Source: Candidatus Nomurabacteria bacterium RIFCSPHIGHO2_02_40_30
GTDB taxonomy: Bacteria; Patescibacteriota; Minisyncoccia; Phycocordibacterales; UBA9973
NCBI GenBank assembly: GCA_001785445.1
Contig: MFTV01000016.1
Coordinates: 159,859 to 223,858 of the forward strand
Direction of reading: 5' to 3'
Length of the DNA stretch: 64,000 nt
Positions within the stretch are counted from its first letter, which is position 1; every line of letters begins with the position of its first letter. The notes under the pieces are model-generated. The model searched no databases, was not told the DNA's origin, and saw only the letters and a program-made list of their open reading frames with translations. A program made the position numbers and the translations under genes. This document shows, piece after piece, positions 37,201 to 48,307 of this stretch.

Positions 37201-40200
37201 ACGAGCTATACTGACCCAACCCCAATGCAATTTTCCAGCAACTATTACATGATTGCATCTTACAACGGGGTTGGGGAGAATTACAGCAATGCCGTTTCCA
37301 TAACTCCTACCGGCTGTATGTCCGGCTGGTTAGATCCATCTGTTAGTTGCACTATTTCGGCAGGACAAAATAGTTGTAACGCAAACCTGTCTTGGAACAT
37401 AAATAATCCGGAAAGCACCCCAACAGCTATTACAGCCAGCGGTATGACCAATATAAATGTTTCCAATTCTTTGTCCACTCCCCAGTCAGGTACTCAAGCC
37501 GTATCTGTGCCATACAACAGCAGAACATTCTATCTTTACAACAATTCTAAACCTCTTGCTACCAGTGCTGCCACTGCTGATTGTGCCAATAATACCACCT
37601 GGACTGACGGTAAATGTTTGCTTAATTCATACACCGTCACTGCCACTGCCGGTCCTGGGGGCTCTATTTCTCTTGCGCCAAGTTCATTAAACACAAACAC
37701 GATTTCTTCGTGTGGCGAGATTAAAACCCCGGGGAATTATACTTTAGACAGAAACATATCTTCTTCGGGTACCATGTGTCTGAATGTGCATGATGTTTCA
37801 AATGTGCATCTTAACTGCAACAACTATTCAATTACCGGATCAAATGTTTACAGTGGCATGGCGACAGTTTATTTCAAAAATGTAAATAATTTTTCTCTCG
37901 AATCATGTACAATCGTTGCTGGTGGGGGTAGTCCAGTATATATTGGAAACAGTACACAAGGCACCATCAGAAAAAATACAGTTGGGAAATATGCTATGCA
38001 GGTTTTTAATAGCTCCGACCTCACGATCAAAAATAATACTTTCGATGCATCTTATTCGCAATACTATACCAACGGAAGTATCATAGAAAATAACTCATTT
38101 AGTGTGGTCATAGGTCCATCAAGTTTGGGACGTTCTTCTTATCCGGGAGTTGTTGTTTCAGCCGGAGGCTTTAATAATCGAATTGTGAACAATAATATTG
38201 ATGGAAAAGCTAGGGGTGTACTCAGTGAAGAAATAGGAGCAGATGACGGCATTGTTCTTGACGATGAAAGAGATGATTTTGTTCAAAACAATATCATCAA
38301 AAACAATTGGGATTGCGGGATAGAAACTGTCGGATTTATCAGAAATACCATTATGAGTGGCAATACAATTTCCAATTCTGGTCTGTGCGGAATAGGCGCT
38401 TGGTACCGCAATAGTTGGAAGGGAAATATAATTTCCGACAATATAATCAGTGATGCTCCTAACATGTTTTACTTTTTTCGGGTTTTTGGATTACAACCCA
38501 ACGAAACTTACGTTTATTTTGTTGATAACGCATTTAGTGGAAATAAATTTTTAAATCCACGAATCTCAAGCTCTGCACTTTTTAATTTTAGTTTCTTTGA
38601 TTACCGTAATAGTGGAAAAACAATCAATCCGGAAAATCTAGTCCTTGGGAACAATCGGTTTAGTAACAATGACTTTGGTGTTACAAACATGAATCCACCA
38701 CAATTTTATCCTGCCTCCATGATCGTTGATGGAGGCGGTAATAGATGCAGTAGTATAAACAGTTTCGGTAACCCTCTAGCTTGTTCGGGATCCGTGGCAT
38801 TTTCTCCTACTCCTACTTCTATTTCAGCGCTTGCTATTTCTTCCATTTTTTCTCCCACTCCAGCCCTCGCCGCTTCCGTTTCTTCCAGTACTTCTCAAAA
38901 AGTAAACTACGGTGATAAAGCCACTTTTACTGTTACCCCAGACACGGGCTATTCCACATATTCTATTACTGGTTGTAATGGTTTATTATTTGGCGCCACT
39001 TACACTACTGAACCTATTACTGGCGATTGCGCTGTCTCAGCTACGTTCAACATTAATAAATACACCGTTACTACATCTGCAGGTCCCGGCGGTTCAATAT
39101 CTCCAGCTTCCAGATCAGTGGACCATGGTTTAACTACAACCTTTACTGTTACCCCTGACTCCGGTTATTCCATAGGTTCCGTCACCGGTTGCGACGGCTC
39201 AGGTACTGCTAATTATACAACCGGCCCTATTGTCAGTAACTGTATTGTTTCTGCAACCTTTTCATTTATTCCAGTTATGTCCGGCACTCTTGTTCCCACT
39301 GACCCTCCCGGACTTTCTTCTTGTGTAATTTCCGCGGGACAAAATAGTTGTAATATAAATCTGTCTTGGAGTGTAACAAACCATGAAGGAGCTGTGACAG
39401 CTATAACTGCCAACGGAATGGCCAATAGAAATTACTTCAATATATATTCAGGCACTGATTCTTTTACTGTTCCATACAATGATTTGGGTGTATACTTTTT
39501 CCTTTACAACAGCGGCAACAAACTTGCGGAAACAAAAGTTTCCACTGTCTGCGACACTGGCACTAACTGGGATGTCAATGTTAGTAAATGTGTTTCTCTG
39601 GCTGCTGATTTGACAGCTGGCGCTGTTACGCCAACAACTGCCACGGTTAATATATCGACTACATTCTCATCTCCTGTTTCCAATATTGGCAGTGTTTCTA
39701 CCGGAAACTCTTTCTTCAACTTCTTTCAAGTTGCTACTGCTATCAACGGAGGTGGTACTATCACTGACCTAGGAGCAACCAACATGGGAACTCTTAATGC
39801 CGGTTCACAGAGTACGAGTACGAAATCACACATTTTTTCTTCCACAGGGAACTATTCTATTCGTGTTTGCGCGGACAAGAGTTCGTCCGGAAATTCGGGG
39901 ACTATCACTGAATCAGACGAGAACAATAACTGCGGGATCTGGACAAATATCACGGTTACTAGCACCGCAGTGCCTGCGGGGGACATCTCCGCCACTTCTT
40001 GCGTTATCGCAAGTGGTGCGTCTACCTGTAATTCGTCAGTGACTTGGAGCACTCAAAATCTTACTGCTGGGGCTACGGAAGTTACCAGAAACAATCCAAA
40101 TGGCACTCATGTTTCTTTCAATACTTCTGGGACTAATGTAAATAATGCAGTCAACAATGGAGAAAGTATTTTCTACCTATATCATAATATTAGCGGGACT

Positions 40201-41172
40201 CCTACTGTTTTAGACTCTACAGAGATAAATGCTTCTTGTGATGTCGGTACGGTTTGGGACGGAAGTAAGTGTGCGCCGAGCGCACAGCCTTCTGGTTGGA
40301 TCAGGTGTAATGATTTAGACACTATATGTACTATCTCTTATAATTCTTCAGCCACCATTACTTGGTTTACTGCCAACACCAGTTCATGTACAGTCGCCCC
40401 TACAGGTTGGACTGGCACAGCAAGTCAAACAGGAAAATCAACTGGTGCTCTAACTGCCAATACGGCTTACGACTTAAGTTGTAATGGGATAGATGGTTCT
40501 AATTTCAGCAAACACCTTGATGTTGTCGTTGATGCTCCTCTGGTACCGATTGACGGGGGGTGGAGCAATTGGGGAAATTGCAGTGAAATCTGCGGAGGGG
40601 GTATACAAACTCGTTTTTGTAACAATCCGGCGCCGAATAACGGTGGCGCCATTTGCTCTGGTGATTCCGTTCAATTATGTAACGTTCAATCTTGCAGTGG
40701 TGGTCGCGCCAATGGTTTATGTGCACCTATCGCCGCGCCGACACACTATAACTGTTCAGTAGGAGGGACCTATGTTCCAGATGGAGGCGTTGACCGTGAC
40801 GACGGCACGACTGATACTTGGACTTGGACATGCAAAGGTAATGCTGCGAAAAATTCATTTTGTTCAGAGTCAAAGTCAGTTGCTACTTGCGAAGATACAG
40901 CAGCTGTTAATTTCGGAGGAGCTACTCCGTGCTCTTATGTTGTTATTGACGTACAACGTTGTGACGACCCATCTGCCAACAACAACGGCAATCCTGTACC
41001 TTGTACCTACGATAGTCCAAATATTTGCAACGACCCAGAGGCTAACAACCTTGGAGCCAGCGCCTCCTGCACATATACTTCTGGGAAAGTATGCCGTAAT
41101 CCATTTGCTAGCAATTACGGCAGAGCGCTTCCTTGTAAATATCAGAAAAAACCAAGCTTCATAGAAAATTAG
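34282..41172 (+). CDS. Giant secreted or cell-surface multidomain protein (2296 aa), putative adhesin
   Basis: Signal peptide; InlB-B-repeat-like YTVT(A/T)SAGPGGSIS modules; FN3-like [34 protein letters not shown]; PbH1 beta-helix repeats ([28 protein letters not shown]) at ~37.8-38.5 kb; five ~105-aa Cys-containing repeats (SGTL.P...C.I.SGASACN..LSW.TTNP...(V/F)PY(N/S)...FYLYNN...C..GT.WDGSKC, two of them more divergent); a thrombospondin type-1 repeat at ~40555-40700; 4x CxDPxAxNxGxxxxCxY C-terminal repeats. Confidence 0.75.
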   Translation: MKNKHYTLLFASIIISIFFGVNLANASTLNVSGWANSACNASNGTSFSITEDRSFYITNAWIGGNGVWDDQIGFSGTFNGNVVVNTSAGWSGGCSGDAQAGSGYTDFYPLSMTGSTDNDTFTFSLLALQKRDEISSSNTFHGSIEYSYTKNLCSPGQYTLNNGCVWDTGTISVSAGGTTVTSSNASPGGSVSCTAPCSPVISWNVTSGLPSSGQVRKNNAVWNSGNNSGNVTDSGLGVGTYSYDLYIQDGHGDYQGIQGPTVTVADVPIVPTPTATMSVLVTKFDLTPTKKSDTATVKNESATSGGSFGVICTVPTAFPGLTSSSIDCPDSESFTANSSKSFSVTLDSNTPTTPGTYTGVMRIKATGENGTIVSGDSKDIAISYVVPTVVTPVPTCSADPTTVLVGQNTTLTGRSGDGSNYSWSASGGNFSSTSGKTVTVNFGSTGQKNISVTSGGSTGACAVTVSATPVMSGTLTPSSTSCEIYSGASTCNVTLTWSTTNPEATSAVTAAASPYAPAVNVSGNSGSQSFAVPYSSRTFYLYNNAKSLVPTSPNGTGVTVTSSCVAGTTWTSGACITTTAPPSPTCPSGQTGTPPNCTTPPTSGSVTLTANPNSGPAPLNGVSLRAAVGDSAGWKYYYYFFCNAPNPVAVPPGGSNPPFNNDGGSVTYTSSTTANSSNNCNYSSAGTYTGRVAVLKYQGSDPFTTNYWQNSSNWRQATAAVTATTPVSPITVSLTANPPSMTLPTNSTILTWTTTGNPTSCIASNGWSGAKTASGGTENRTGLTAQTYTYNITCSKSGVPDVIDTATVVVTAPVMSGTLAPTNPPGLSSCIIASGASACNINFSWTTTNPVSTSSVTRNPSSGFNPPLQNSGTNVPFPVPYNTATFFLYNNNTELAQSAVTASCVSGTTWDGSKCAVPLPAAPSNLQASNAICGAIRLTWQDNSNNETGFRIYRSRSQSFSIGGYYATVGANVTSYTDPTPMQFSSNYYMIASYNGVGENYSNAVSITPTGCMSGWLDPSVSCTISAGQNSCNANLSWNINNPESTPTAITASGMTNINVSNSLSTPQSGTQAVSVPYNSRTFYLYNNSKPLATSAATADCANNTTWTDGKCLLNSYTVTATAGPGGSISLAPSSLNTNTISSCGEIKTPGNYTLDRNISSSGTMCLNVHDVSNVHLNCNNYSITGSNVYSGMATVYFKNVNNFSLESCTIVAGGGSPVYIGNSTQGTIRKNTVGKYAMQVFNSSDLTIKNNTFDASYSQYYTNGSIIENNSFSVVIGPSSLGRSSYPGVVVSAGGFNNRIVNNNIDGKARGVLSEEIGADDGIVLDDERDDFVQNNIIKNNWDCGIETVGFIRNTIMSGNTISNSGLCGIGAWYRNSWKGNIISDNIISDAPNMFYFFRVFGLQPNETYVYFVDNAFSGNKFLNPRISSSALFNFSFFDYRNSGKTINPENLVLGNNRFSNNDFGVTNMNPPQFYPASMIVDGGGNRCSSINSFGNPLACSGSVAFSPTPTSISALAISSIFSPTPALAASVSSSTSQKVNYGDKATFTVTPDTGYSTYSITGCNGLLFGATYTTEPITGDCAVSATFNINKYTVTTSAGPGGSISPASRSVDHGLTTTFTVTPDSGYSIGSVTGCDGSGTANYTTGPIVSNCIVSATFSFIPVMSGTLVPTDPPGLSSCVISAGQNSCNINLSWSVTNHEGAVTAITANGMANRNYFNIYSGTDSFTVPYNDLGVYFFLYNSGNKLAETKVSTVCDTGTNWDVNVSKCVSLAADLTAGAVTPTTATVNISTTFSSPVSNIGSVSTGNSFFNFFQVATAINGGGTITDLGATNMGTLNAGSQSTSTKSHIFSSTGNYSIRVCADKSSSGNSGTITESDENNNCGIWTNITVTSTAVPAGDISATSCVIASGASTCNSSVTWSTQNLTAGATEVTRNNPNGTHVSFNTSGTNVNNAVNNGESIFYLYHNISGTPTVLDSTEINASCDVGTVWDGSKCAPSAQPSGWIRCNDLDTICTISYNSSATITWFTANTSSCTVAPTGWTGTASQTGKSTGALTANTAYDLSCNGIDGSNFSKHLDVVVDAPLVPIDGGWSNWGNCSEICGGGIQTRFCNNPAPNNGGAICSGDSVQLCNVQSCSGGRANGLCAPIAAPTHYNCSVGGTYVPDGGVDRDDGTTDTWTWTCKGNAAKNSFCSESKSVATCEDTAAVNFGGATPCSYVVIDVQRCDDPSANNNGNPVPCTYDSPNICNDPEANNLGASASCTYTSGKVCRNPFASNYGRALPCKYQKKPSFIEN

Positions 41173-41174
41173 CA

Positions 41175-41201
41175 AAAAATCCCCCAATTGGGGGATTTTT
41201 T
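41175..41201 (+). terminator. Intrinsic terminator after the giant gene
   Basis: aaaaaatccccc-aatt-gggggatttttt, perfect palindrome with flanking A- and T-tracts. Confidence 0.75.
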
Positions 41202-41216
41202 GCTATACTTAAGTGA

Positions 41217-42977
41217 ATGCAAATAAATGAAGCACAGTTTAAAAAGTTTGTTTTAGAGTCCGGTCTAGTAACGCGCTCTGATTTTGAGCTCGGAGTGAAA
41301 GAAGCGGAGGCAAAAAAGCAGAAAATCGGAGACGTTCTCTTATCTTCAGGCAAGATATCGGAAACTGATCTAAAACGCATGGAGGCTTTTGTTCTAGGAA
41401 TACCGTTTATCAGTTTAACTAGTCAGAAAATTGACTTTTCCGTATTATCTCTCATTCCTGAACCCATAGCGCATAACTACAACATTGTTGCCTACAAGAA
41501 AAATGAAGATAGTCTGGAGGTGGCCATGCTGGATGTCGATGACCTACCAGTCATTGATTTTATTAAAAAGCGTTCTGGGCTTAAAATTCTTCCTCGCCTT
41601 ACCGACACAGTCTCAATCAAGGCCGTACTTGTACAGTACAGGAAAAGTCTAAAGGCCGAATTTCAAAATATTATACAAAAAGAGTCTACAACACTCGGGG
41701 AAAATTCTTCTCCAGATGCCGAAAAAATGCCCGAGAAATCCGAGTCGGAGTTAAAGCAAATGGCGGAAGATTTACCGGTAGTAAAAATTGTCGACTCCTT
41801 GATTTTCCATGCAATTTTGCAAAATGCATCTGACATTCATATTGAGCCGGGGGAAAAGGAGCTCACAGTACGCTACAGGATAGACGGCATACTGCATGAT
41901 GCTATGGTGCTCGACAAAGCTGCTGGGGCTGGCATAACTGCCCGCATTAAAGTGTTGGCTAATTTAAAACTGGATGAAAAAAGATTACCGCAAGACGGCA
42001 GATTCAAGAAAGAACAAGATGGAGAGAAAATTTCTTTTCGTGTTTCCACCTTGCCTACTTTTTTCGGAGAAAAAACCGTGATGAGAATTTTAAAAGAAAA
42101 TAATCATGGGTTTTCGCTGGAAGCTCTTGGTTTCCATGGCGAAGGACTGGAGCGAATTCATGCTTCTCTAACTCAAAAGACGGGAATGGTGCTGGCCACT
42201 GGCCCTACTGGTAGCGGTAAGACCACCACACTCTATACCATGCTTGATATCTTAAACAAACCGGAGGTAAATATTTCAACCGTGGAAGACCCGATTGAAT
42301 ATCAAATGCCGAGAGTGAATCAAACCCAAGTAAAGCCAGAAATAGGGCTGACCTTCGCGAACGGATTGCGGTCACTTCTGCGCCAAGATCCGGACATAAT
42401 AATGGTGGGGGAGATACGAGATGGCGAGACAGCTGGGCTTGCTGTCAATGCTTCGCTTACAGGCCACTTAGTGCTTTCTACGATTCATACCAACTCCGCC
42501 GCCGGCGCCATTCCTCGATTAGTAGACATGGGAGTTGAGCCATTTTTAATCACAGCGACGGTAAAAACAATTATCGCCCAAAGATTAGTCCGTAGGTTGA
42601 CTCCCAGTAAAGAAAAATATTTCTTATCCCCGGCCGAGATAAAAAATCTTGCCAAAGTTGTTGAGCTGGAAAGAGTTTTGGGATTTTTAAAAACTGAAAA
42701 TATTATAGGCCCGAATGATACTTGGGACAAAATTCCTTTCTATAAACCGATTAAAACTAGTGAATTTGAAGATGGATATTCCAGCCGTACGGGCATGCAT
42801 GAAGTTTTAAAAGTTAGTCCTACCATTAAAGATATGATTATAGCTGGCAAGTCTCAAGATGACATAGAAATACAGGCTAAAAAAGAAGGTATGATGACCA
42901 TGCTCGAAGACGGAGTTTTCCAAGCAGTTTTAGGTGTAACTACTTTGGAGGAAGTATTTAGAGTTGTTTCCGAATAA
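41217..42977 (+). CDS. pilB: Type IV pilus assembly ATPase (GspE/PilB family)
   Basis: N-terminal GSPII_E_N-like domain; Walker A ATGPTGSGKTTTLYT; Asp box, Walker B (IIMVGEIRD) and His box (TIHTNSAAG). Confidence 0.9.
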   Translation: MQINEAQFKKFVLESGLVTRSDFELGVKEAEAKKQKIGDVLLSSGKISETDLKRMEAFVLGIPFISLTSQKIDFSVLSLIPEPIAHNYNIVAYKKNEDSLEVAMLDVDDLPVIDFIKKRSGLKILPRLTDTVSIKAVLVQYRKSLKAEFQNIIQKESTTLGENSSPDAEKMPEKSESELKQMAEDLPVVKIVDSLIFHAILQNASDIHIEPGEKELTVRYRIDGILHDAMVLDKAAGAGITARIKVLANLKLDEKRLPQDGRFKKEQDGEKISFRVSTLPTFFGEKTVMRILKENNHGFSLEALGFHGEGLERIHASLTQKTGMVLATGPTGSGKTTTLYTMLDILNKPEVNISTVEDPIEYQMPRVNQTQVKPEIGLTFANGLRSLLRQDPDIIMVGEIRDGETAGLAVNASLTGHLVLSTIHTNSAAGAIPRLVDMGVEPFLITATVKTIIAQRLVRRLTPSKEKYFLSPAEIKNLAKVVELERVLGFLKTENIIGPNDTWDKIPFYKPIKTSEFEDGYSSRTGMHEVLKVSPTIKDMIIAGKSQDDIEIQAKKEGMMTMLEDGVFQAVLGVTTLEEVFRVVSE

Positions 42978-43052
42978 ATACCTGTCCCGTACTAAATTAA
43001 TGATTAAAAACAATGACCACTATTATTAACAATTTAAAATTTTAGTACTGGG

Positions 43053-44270
43053 ATGTTTTTCTCATACAAGGCAAAATCAAAGGCAGGGGATATAACAGAG
43101 GGAGTTTTGGAGGCGGCAGGTCGTCTGGCACTCGCGCGCGACCTGCGCGCGCGCGGTCTGATACCTTTGTCTGTTACCGAAGAAAACGTAAATTTTCTCA
43201 GCAAACTGTCGGCGCTCACAAATGTTTTTTCTAGAATCAGCGTTAACGAACAGATTGTTTTCACAAAAAATTTAAGTGGGATGCTGAAAGCTGGGCTTTC
43301 ACTTTTTCGGGCTTTATCAGTTTTAAAAAAACAGACAAAAAACGCTAAGATGGACAAGGTTCTGACTTCTCTATCCAATGACATAAATTCTGGAGAAACA
43401 TTATCTTCCGGACTTTTAAAATTCCCTGACATTTTTTCAAAACTTTTTGTATCCATGACCAAGGCTGGCGAGGAGTCCGGTAATTTAGATGGGGCGCTTT
43501 CCGATATCGGAATTAATTTGGAAAAATCGCATTCATTAACCAGAAAGATCAGAGGGGCGCTAATTTATCCCGGAGTGATTCTCTCCGCCATGGTGGTTAT
43601 CGGTGTTTTAATGTTTGCTTTCGTGGTGCCGACTCTCGCCAGCACCTTTAAAGAACTCGGTGTTGTTTTGCCCACTTCCACTCGTGTCCTTATTTTTCTA
43701 GGTAACTTTTTCTCCAACCACTTGATTCTAACCTTCATAATGATAATTGGCACAGCCTTGCTTTTGTATTTTCTTTTTATTTCTAAGTTTATGGCGAAAT
43801 ACATTGATTACACCGTTATTAGAATTCCAATTATCGGGAATTTAGCAAGGTCACTAAATACCGCCCGCACCGCCCGCACCATGTATTCTTTGCTGCTGGC
43901 GGGGGTTTCCATCACTCGGGCAGTAGAAATTACGCAAGACGTAGTGCAAAATATTTACTACAAGCAAGTTTTAAGTGAAGCTAAATTGGCAGTCGAAAAA
44001 GGAGCCCCATTTTCTCAAGCTTTTGAAAATAGTCAAAATCTTTATCCGGTAATGATGTCGGAGATGATCCAAGTCGGAGAAGAAACTGGAAAATTATCAG
44101 ATATGTTATTGCAAGTCGCTTTGTTTTATGAAGAGGAAATTGAAAATAAAACAAAGAACCTTTCGACGATCATCGAGCCAGTGCTCATGGTTGTCATTGG
44201 CGCTGGGGTCGGATTTTTCGCCATTTCCATGGTCTCGCCGCTATATTCAATTTTAGGCAGTATAAATTAA
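43053..44270 (+). CDS. pilC: Type IV pilus inner-membrane platform protein (GspF/PilC family)
   Basis: Two T2SS-F domains, 3-4 TM segments, 405 aa; synteny with pilB and the pilin genes. Confidence 0.9.
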   Translation: MFFSYKAKSKAGDITEGVLEAAGRLALARDLRARGLIPLSVTEENVNFLSKLSALTNVFSRISVNEQIVFTKNLSGMLKAGLSLFRALSVLKKQTKNAKMDKVLTSLSNDINSGETLSSGLLKFPDIFSKLFVSMTKAGEESGNLDGALSDIGINLEKSHSLTRKIRGALIYPGVILSAMVVIGVLMFAFVVPTLASTFKELGVVLPTSTRVLIFLGNFFSNHLILTFIMIIGTALLLYFLFISKFMAKYIDYTVIRIPIIGNLARSLNTARTARTMYSLLLAGVSITRAVEITQDVVQNIYYKQVLSEAKLAVEKGAPFSQAFENSQNLYPVMMSEMIQVGEETGKLSDMLLQVALFYEEEIENKTKNLSTIIEPVLMVVIGAGVGFFAISMVSPLYSILGSIN

Positions 44271-44732
44271 ATGATGAAAAACTTTTATCAAAAGGGGATA
44301 ACAATTATTGAACTACTGATAGTCATAGTCGTTATCGGCATAATGGCTTTAATTGTACTGCCGCAATTTTCATATATTAAAGAAAATCAAGTATTAAAAA
44401 ATGGAGTCAGTGACATTTTGTCATCCATAGATAAAGCTCGCGGACAAACTCTTTCCTCCCTCAATTCTTCAGAGTATGGAGTGCACTTCGAGTCCGATAA
44501 AGTTATAATATTTAAAGGCACAGTCTTTTCTGCTATTGCTCCGGACAATGAAAATATTGACCTTACTTCGCCGGCAACGATATCCGCCATTACACTTGGG
44601 GGAGGAGGCTCAGATATTTACTTCAATCGTCTTTCTGGAAGTCCTAGCGTTACTGGCACAGTAACTCTTTCTACTACAAATTATTCCAAAATTATTACGA
44701 TTTCAGCCACTGGGGTTGGGAGCTCAAACTAA
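44271..44732 (+). CDS. Type IV pilin (major pilin candidate)
   Basis: Prepilin class III N-terminus QKGITIIELLIVIVVIGIMA (G|xxxxE cleavage/methylation motif, hydrophobic alpha1). Confidence 0.75.
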   Translation: MMKNFYQKGITIIELLIVIVVIGIMALIVLPQFSYIKENQVLKNGVSDILSSIDKARGQTLSSLNSSEYGVHFESDKVIIFKGTVFSAIAPDNENIDLTSPATISAITLGGGGSDIYFNRLSGSPSVTGTVTLSTTNYSKIITISATGVGSSN

Positions 44733-45254
44733 ATGCTAAATTTTTTTAAAAAAAATAAAGCCTGCCCGCAATGCTTACAGCATAGCTGTTGCAGGCGGGG
44801 TTTCATGGTAATTGAGATACTTATCGTTGCATCTATTATTACTGTCTCGATTTTAGCAGCCATGGCAGTATCTCAAAAATCTATTTATGTCATGAGGCAA
44901 GCCTTTCACGCCACCCAAGCTGGCTTTTTGTTAGAAGAAGGAGCTGAAGCTGTCCGGATACTTCGCGATAATGCTTGGAGTAACATCTCTTCTCTCACCG
45001 CAGGGACAAATTACTATACCACTTTTTCAGGCGGGACTTGGACATTATCAGCCACAGCGAATACTGTGGGAATTTTTACCCGCACTGTGACTGTTGCAAG
45101 TGTCAGTAGAGATAATGTTACAAAAGACATAGTCACAAGTGGTGGGACGGATGACACAGGAACAAAATTAGTAACTGTAACTGTATTTTGGTCTGAAGCC
45201 GGCACAACTGTAACCAAGACTTTGAAATTTTATATAATAAATATTTTTTCTTAA
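44733..45254 (+). CDS. Minor pilin/pseudopilin
   Basis: RRGFMVIEILIVASIITVSIL prepilin-type N-terminal motif. Confidence 0.6.
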   Translation: MLNFFKKNKACPQCLQHSCCRRGFMVIEILIVASIITVSILAAMAVSQKSIYVMRQAFHATQAGFLLEEGAEAVRILRDNAWSNISSLTAGTNYYTTFSGGTWTLSATANTVGIFTRTVTVASVSRDNVTKDIVTSGGTDDTGTKLVTVTVFWSEAGTTVTKTLKFYIINIFS

Positions 45255-45260
45255 AAATAA

Positions 45261-45770
45261 ATGAAAATTACTAAATTAAAAATTAAAAATTATAAAAAAG
45301 GTTATGCGATTCTGGAACTTCTTTTTTATATTGCTTTTTTTGCGATTCTTTCTTTAGTAGTTATTAACGCCATGATTGTCATGACTCGGTCTTTCAGAGA
45401 AACTTCCATTCAGGGCGAATTAATACAAAGCGGAGTTATTATGGAGCGTATCTCTAGGGAAGTAAGACAGGCTTACAACATTAGCTCAATTAGCGCCACT
45501 GATTTAAACCTTGATTCTACAGACAATGGTGGGGCAAATAAAACTGTAGAGTTCTTGCTTTCTGGTACAGATATACAGCTTTTAGAAAATGGAGTTCTTA
45601 CCGGAAATTTGAATACTCTCAATATCACAGTTACTGCTCTAACTTTTACCCAAATAACTACCACTAAAGGCAAGGCCGTGAAAATAGCTTTCACTGTCAG
45701 GTCGAGCAACGACAAATTAAATCGCACCCAAGATTTCTACGACACCATTGTGCTTAGGGGTATATATTGA
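45261..45770 (+). CDS. Minor pilin/pseudopilin
   Basis: KKGYAILELLFYIAFFAILSL prepilin-type N-terminal motif. Confidence 0.6.
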   Translation: MKITKLKIKNYKKGYAILELLFYIAFFAILSLVVINAMIVMTRSFRETSIQGELIQSGVIMERISREVRQAYNISSISATDLNLDSTDNGGANKTVEFLLSGTDIQLLENGVLTGNLNTLNITVTALTFTQITTTKGKAVKIAFTVRSSNDKLNRTQDFYDTIVLRGIY

Positions 45771-47521
45771 CCATGAGAAAATATTTTAAAAAAATAAAAA
45801 GAAATCGAGGGGCGGCCATGCTCATATCTGTTATCTTTTTTACGTTTATTTCTTTGGCGATAATTTCCGGACTTGTGGCGCCGGCAGTGCGTGAATTTAG
45901 AAATGCCAGTGTATATTTAAATTCTAAAAAATCATATTTCTTGGCCGAGTCCGGCAGTGAAGATGCGTTATACAGGATACTAAATAATATGGCAATAGGA
46001 GCTAGTGAAACAATTACTCTAGATTCCAACGATGCCACGACAGACATTACAGATATTAGTGGAAATACAAAACAAATTACATCGCTGGGGGATGTTTCAA
46101 ATTACCAAAGAAAAACCAGCCTGACATTATCCACTAACAACGGTGTTTCTTTTAATTACGGCATGCAAATTGGCAATGGCGGCTTAGTTATGTCTAATAG
46201 CGCCACAATCAACGGCAATGTGTACGTCAATGGCGACATTACCGGCTCTAATAGCGCCACAATCACTGGGACTGCTATGGCCGCTGACCGTACTGCGGAA
46301 ATTATTGACCAAGTTAATGACACTGGTACGCCGACAGACACAATTTTATTTGGCAATGCTACTAGTACCCAAGACGGCGCGCAAAGCTTTACCGTTGCTA
46401 GCTCTGATGTTATTACCCAAATTTCTTTGTATATCAAAAAAGTCGGCTCGCCAAGCAACGCTACCGTTCGAATTACTGCGGATTCAAGCGGAAAGCCTGC
46501 AACCAGTTCTCTTGCCACAGGAACGCTTTCAGCTTCGAGTGTGACGGGTTCTTACGGATGGGTAAATATTGCTTTATCACCAAACGTTACTCTTTCTACA
46601 AGCACAACTTACTGGCTGGTCATAGATGCCGGTGTTAATGCGTCAAATTATTATATTTGGGGAGCAAACAACGCGCAATATGCGGGTGGTTTGGGCAAGT
46701 TGGGGCAATATGGGACTACAACGTGGAATAATACTAGTCCTTCAGGGCTGGACGCTTTTTTCAAAGCTTATCTTGGAGGCGTAAACTCTACTATCAGCGG
46801 GATGACTATCGGTCAGTCTGGGGTTGGCAATGCTTCGGCACATATTGTGAATGATTCAACTATCGCTGGCAGTCTTTATTGTCAGACTGGCAGTGGGAAC
46901 AATAAAAGTTGTGATACTTCACAAACGGATCCAGCGCCTCTTAATTTCCCCATTTCTGACTCACAAGTACAATCGTGGAAAGATGATGCAGTTGCTGGCG
47001 GAACCCAGAGCGGAGATATAAATTTATCAGATAGCGAGACGCTTACTATTGGTCCTAAAAAAGTAGTTGGTAATTTATATGTGAGCAATAGCGGAATTTT
47101 AACAATCTCGGGTACGCTCTGGGTCACTGGCAATATTGTTTTATCAAACAGCGCCCAAGTTAAACTTTCTGGTTCTTATGGGTCGGGCAGTGGCATGATT
47201 ATTTCTGATGGTACAGTTTCTACTTCTAATTCCGCCACTTTTAGCGGTTCTGGAGTTTCTGGCAGTTATATGATGATGCTCACTACTTCCACATCGTCCT
47301 CGGCAATAAATGTCGCTAATAGCGCAGGCACAGTTATACTTGTTGCTCCGTATGGAACGATTTCATTTTCCAACACTGCCGGCGCCAAAGAAGCCATAGC
47401 TAAGACGATAAGCATGTCCAACAGCGCGACATTAACTTATGAGTCCGGCTTAATGAATGTGAATTTTGTGAGCGGTCCTTCTGGGAGCTGGGAAGTGCAA
47501 ACTTGGAAAGAAGACCAATAA
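45767..47521 (+). CDS. Large pilus-associated protein with a pilin-like N-terminal TM segment (PilX/tip-protein candidate)
   Basis: RNRGAAMLISVIFFTFISLAIISG hydrophobic N-terminus; Ser/Thr/Gly/Asn-rich repetitive beta-rich body; last gene of the pilin operon with a 4-nt overlap. Confidence 0.45.
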   Translation: MTMRKYFKKIKRNRGAAMLISVIFFTFISLAIISGLVAPAVREFRNASVYLNSKKSYFLAESGSEDALYRILNNMAIGASETITLDSNDATTDITDISGNTKQITSLGDVSNYQRKTSLTLSTNNGVSFNYGMQIGNGGLVMSNSATINGNVYVNGDITGSNSATITGTAMAADRTAEIIDQVNDTGTPTDTILFGNATSTQDGAQSFTVASSDVITQISLYIKKVGSPSNATVRITADSSGKPATSSLATGTLSASSVTGSYGWVNIALSPNVTLSTSTTYWLVIDAGVNASNYYIWGANNAQYAGGLGKLGQYGTTTWNNTSPSGLDAFFKAYLGGVNSTISGMTIGQSGVGNASAHIVNDSTIAGSLYCQTGSGNNKSCDTSQTDPAPLNFPISDSQVQSWKDDAVAGGTQSGDINLSDSETLTIGPKKVVGNLYVSNSGILTISGTLWVTGNIVLSNSAQVKLSGSYGSGSGMIISDGTVSTSNSATFSGSGVSGSYMMMLTTSTSSSAINVANSAGTVILVAPYGTISFSNTAGAKEAIAKTISMSNSATLTYESGLMNVNFVSGPSGSWEVQTWKEDQ

Positions 47522-47551
47522 AGTCTTTAAATATATGCTATAATTTCGGCT

Positions 47552-48307
47552 ATGAAGAAAATTATTATTGGCAATTGGAAAATGAATCCGCTTACACTAA
47601 AAGATGCGGGAAAATTGTTTTCCAGTGTTACTAAGGGGATATACGGTATCAAAAAAACAGATGTAGTTATTTGCCCGCCAGTTTTATATATTGAAAGACT
47701 GAAAAAACTGTCTAAAAAAATATCCCTAGGCGCGCAAGATGCCTTTTGGGGGGAAGTTGGTCCTTTTACTGGGCAAATTTCCGCCCATATGCTTTATAAT
47801 GCAGGTATACGGTATGTTATTTTGGGGCATTCAGAAAGACGGGAACTGGGCGAAACAAGTGAAGTGGTCAATAAAAAAGTTAAAGAATCTCTCTCTGCTG
47901 GGCTTCGGCCGATACTCTGTATTGGGGAAAGTATCCGAGATGAAAGTCACGGATACTTTAACTTGGTTAAAAATCAACTAGAGGAATGCTTAAATGGGGT
48001 CTCTAAAAATTCTATTTCTAAAGTTATTGTTATGTATGAGCCAGTGTGGGCTATATCAAGTACTGCTAATCGCAGAGATGCCACTTCAGGGGACTGCCGC
48101 GAGATGGCTATTTTTATCCGCAAAATTCTTTCAGATAAATTTGGCGGGGAAGTTGCCAATGTGAGAATTATTTACGGCGGTTCCGTGAGTGGAAAAAATG
48201 CGGAAGATTTTTTAAAGAATGGCGGCGTGGATGGGTTGCTACCCGGTCGTGCGAGCTTGGATGCCAAAAAGTTTGTGGAAATTATCAAGATAGCAGAGAA
48301 AATATGA
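47552..48307 (+). CDS. tpiA: Triosephosphate isomerase
   Basis: IIGNWKMN; ILGHSERR; VMYEPVWAI; IIYGGSV. Confidence 0.9.
   Translation: MKKIIIGNWKMNPLTLKDAGKLFSSVTKGIYGIKKTDVVICPPVLYIERLKKLSKKISLGAQDAFWGEVGPFTGQISAHMLYNAGIRYVILGHSERRELGETSEVVNKKVKESLSAGLRPILCIGESIRDESHGYFNLVKNQLEECLNGVSKNSISKVIVMYEPVWAISSTANRRDATSGDCREMAIFIRKILSDKFGGEVANVRIIYGGSVSGKNAEDFLKNGGVDGLLPGRASLDAKKFVEIIKIAEKI

Noticed and set aside
43100-43160. Very GC-rich, partly palindromic stretch (ctcgcgcgcgacctgcgcgcgcgcgg) at the 5' end of pilC
   Set aside because: It encodes an Arg/Ala-rich segment (LALARDLRARGL) that aligns with the equivalent N-terminal region of PilC/GspF homologs without an indel. It is a compositional effect of CGC/GCG codons, not an inserted element.
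43850-43880. 9-bp tandem duplication accgcccgc-accgcccgc in pilC
   Set aside because: It encodes TARTAR within a loop of the platform protein. This is a trivial slippage duplication, not a regulatory or mobile feature.
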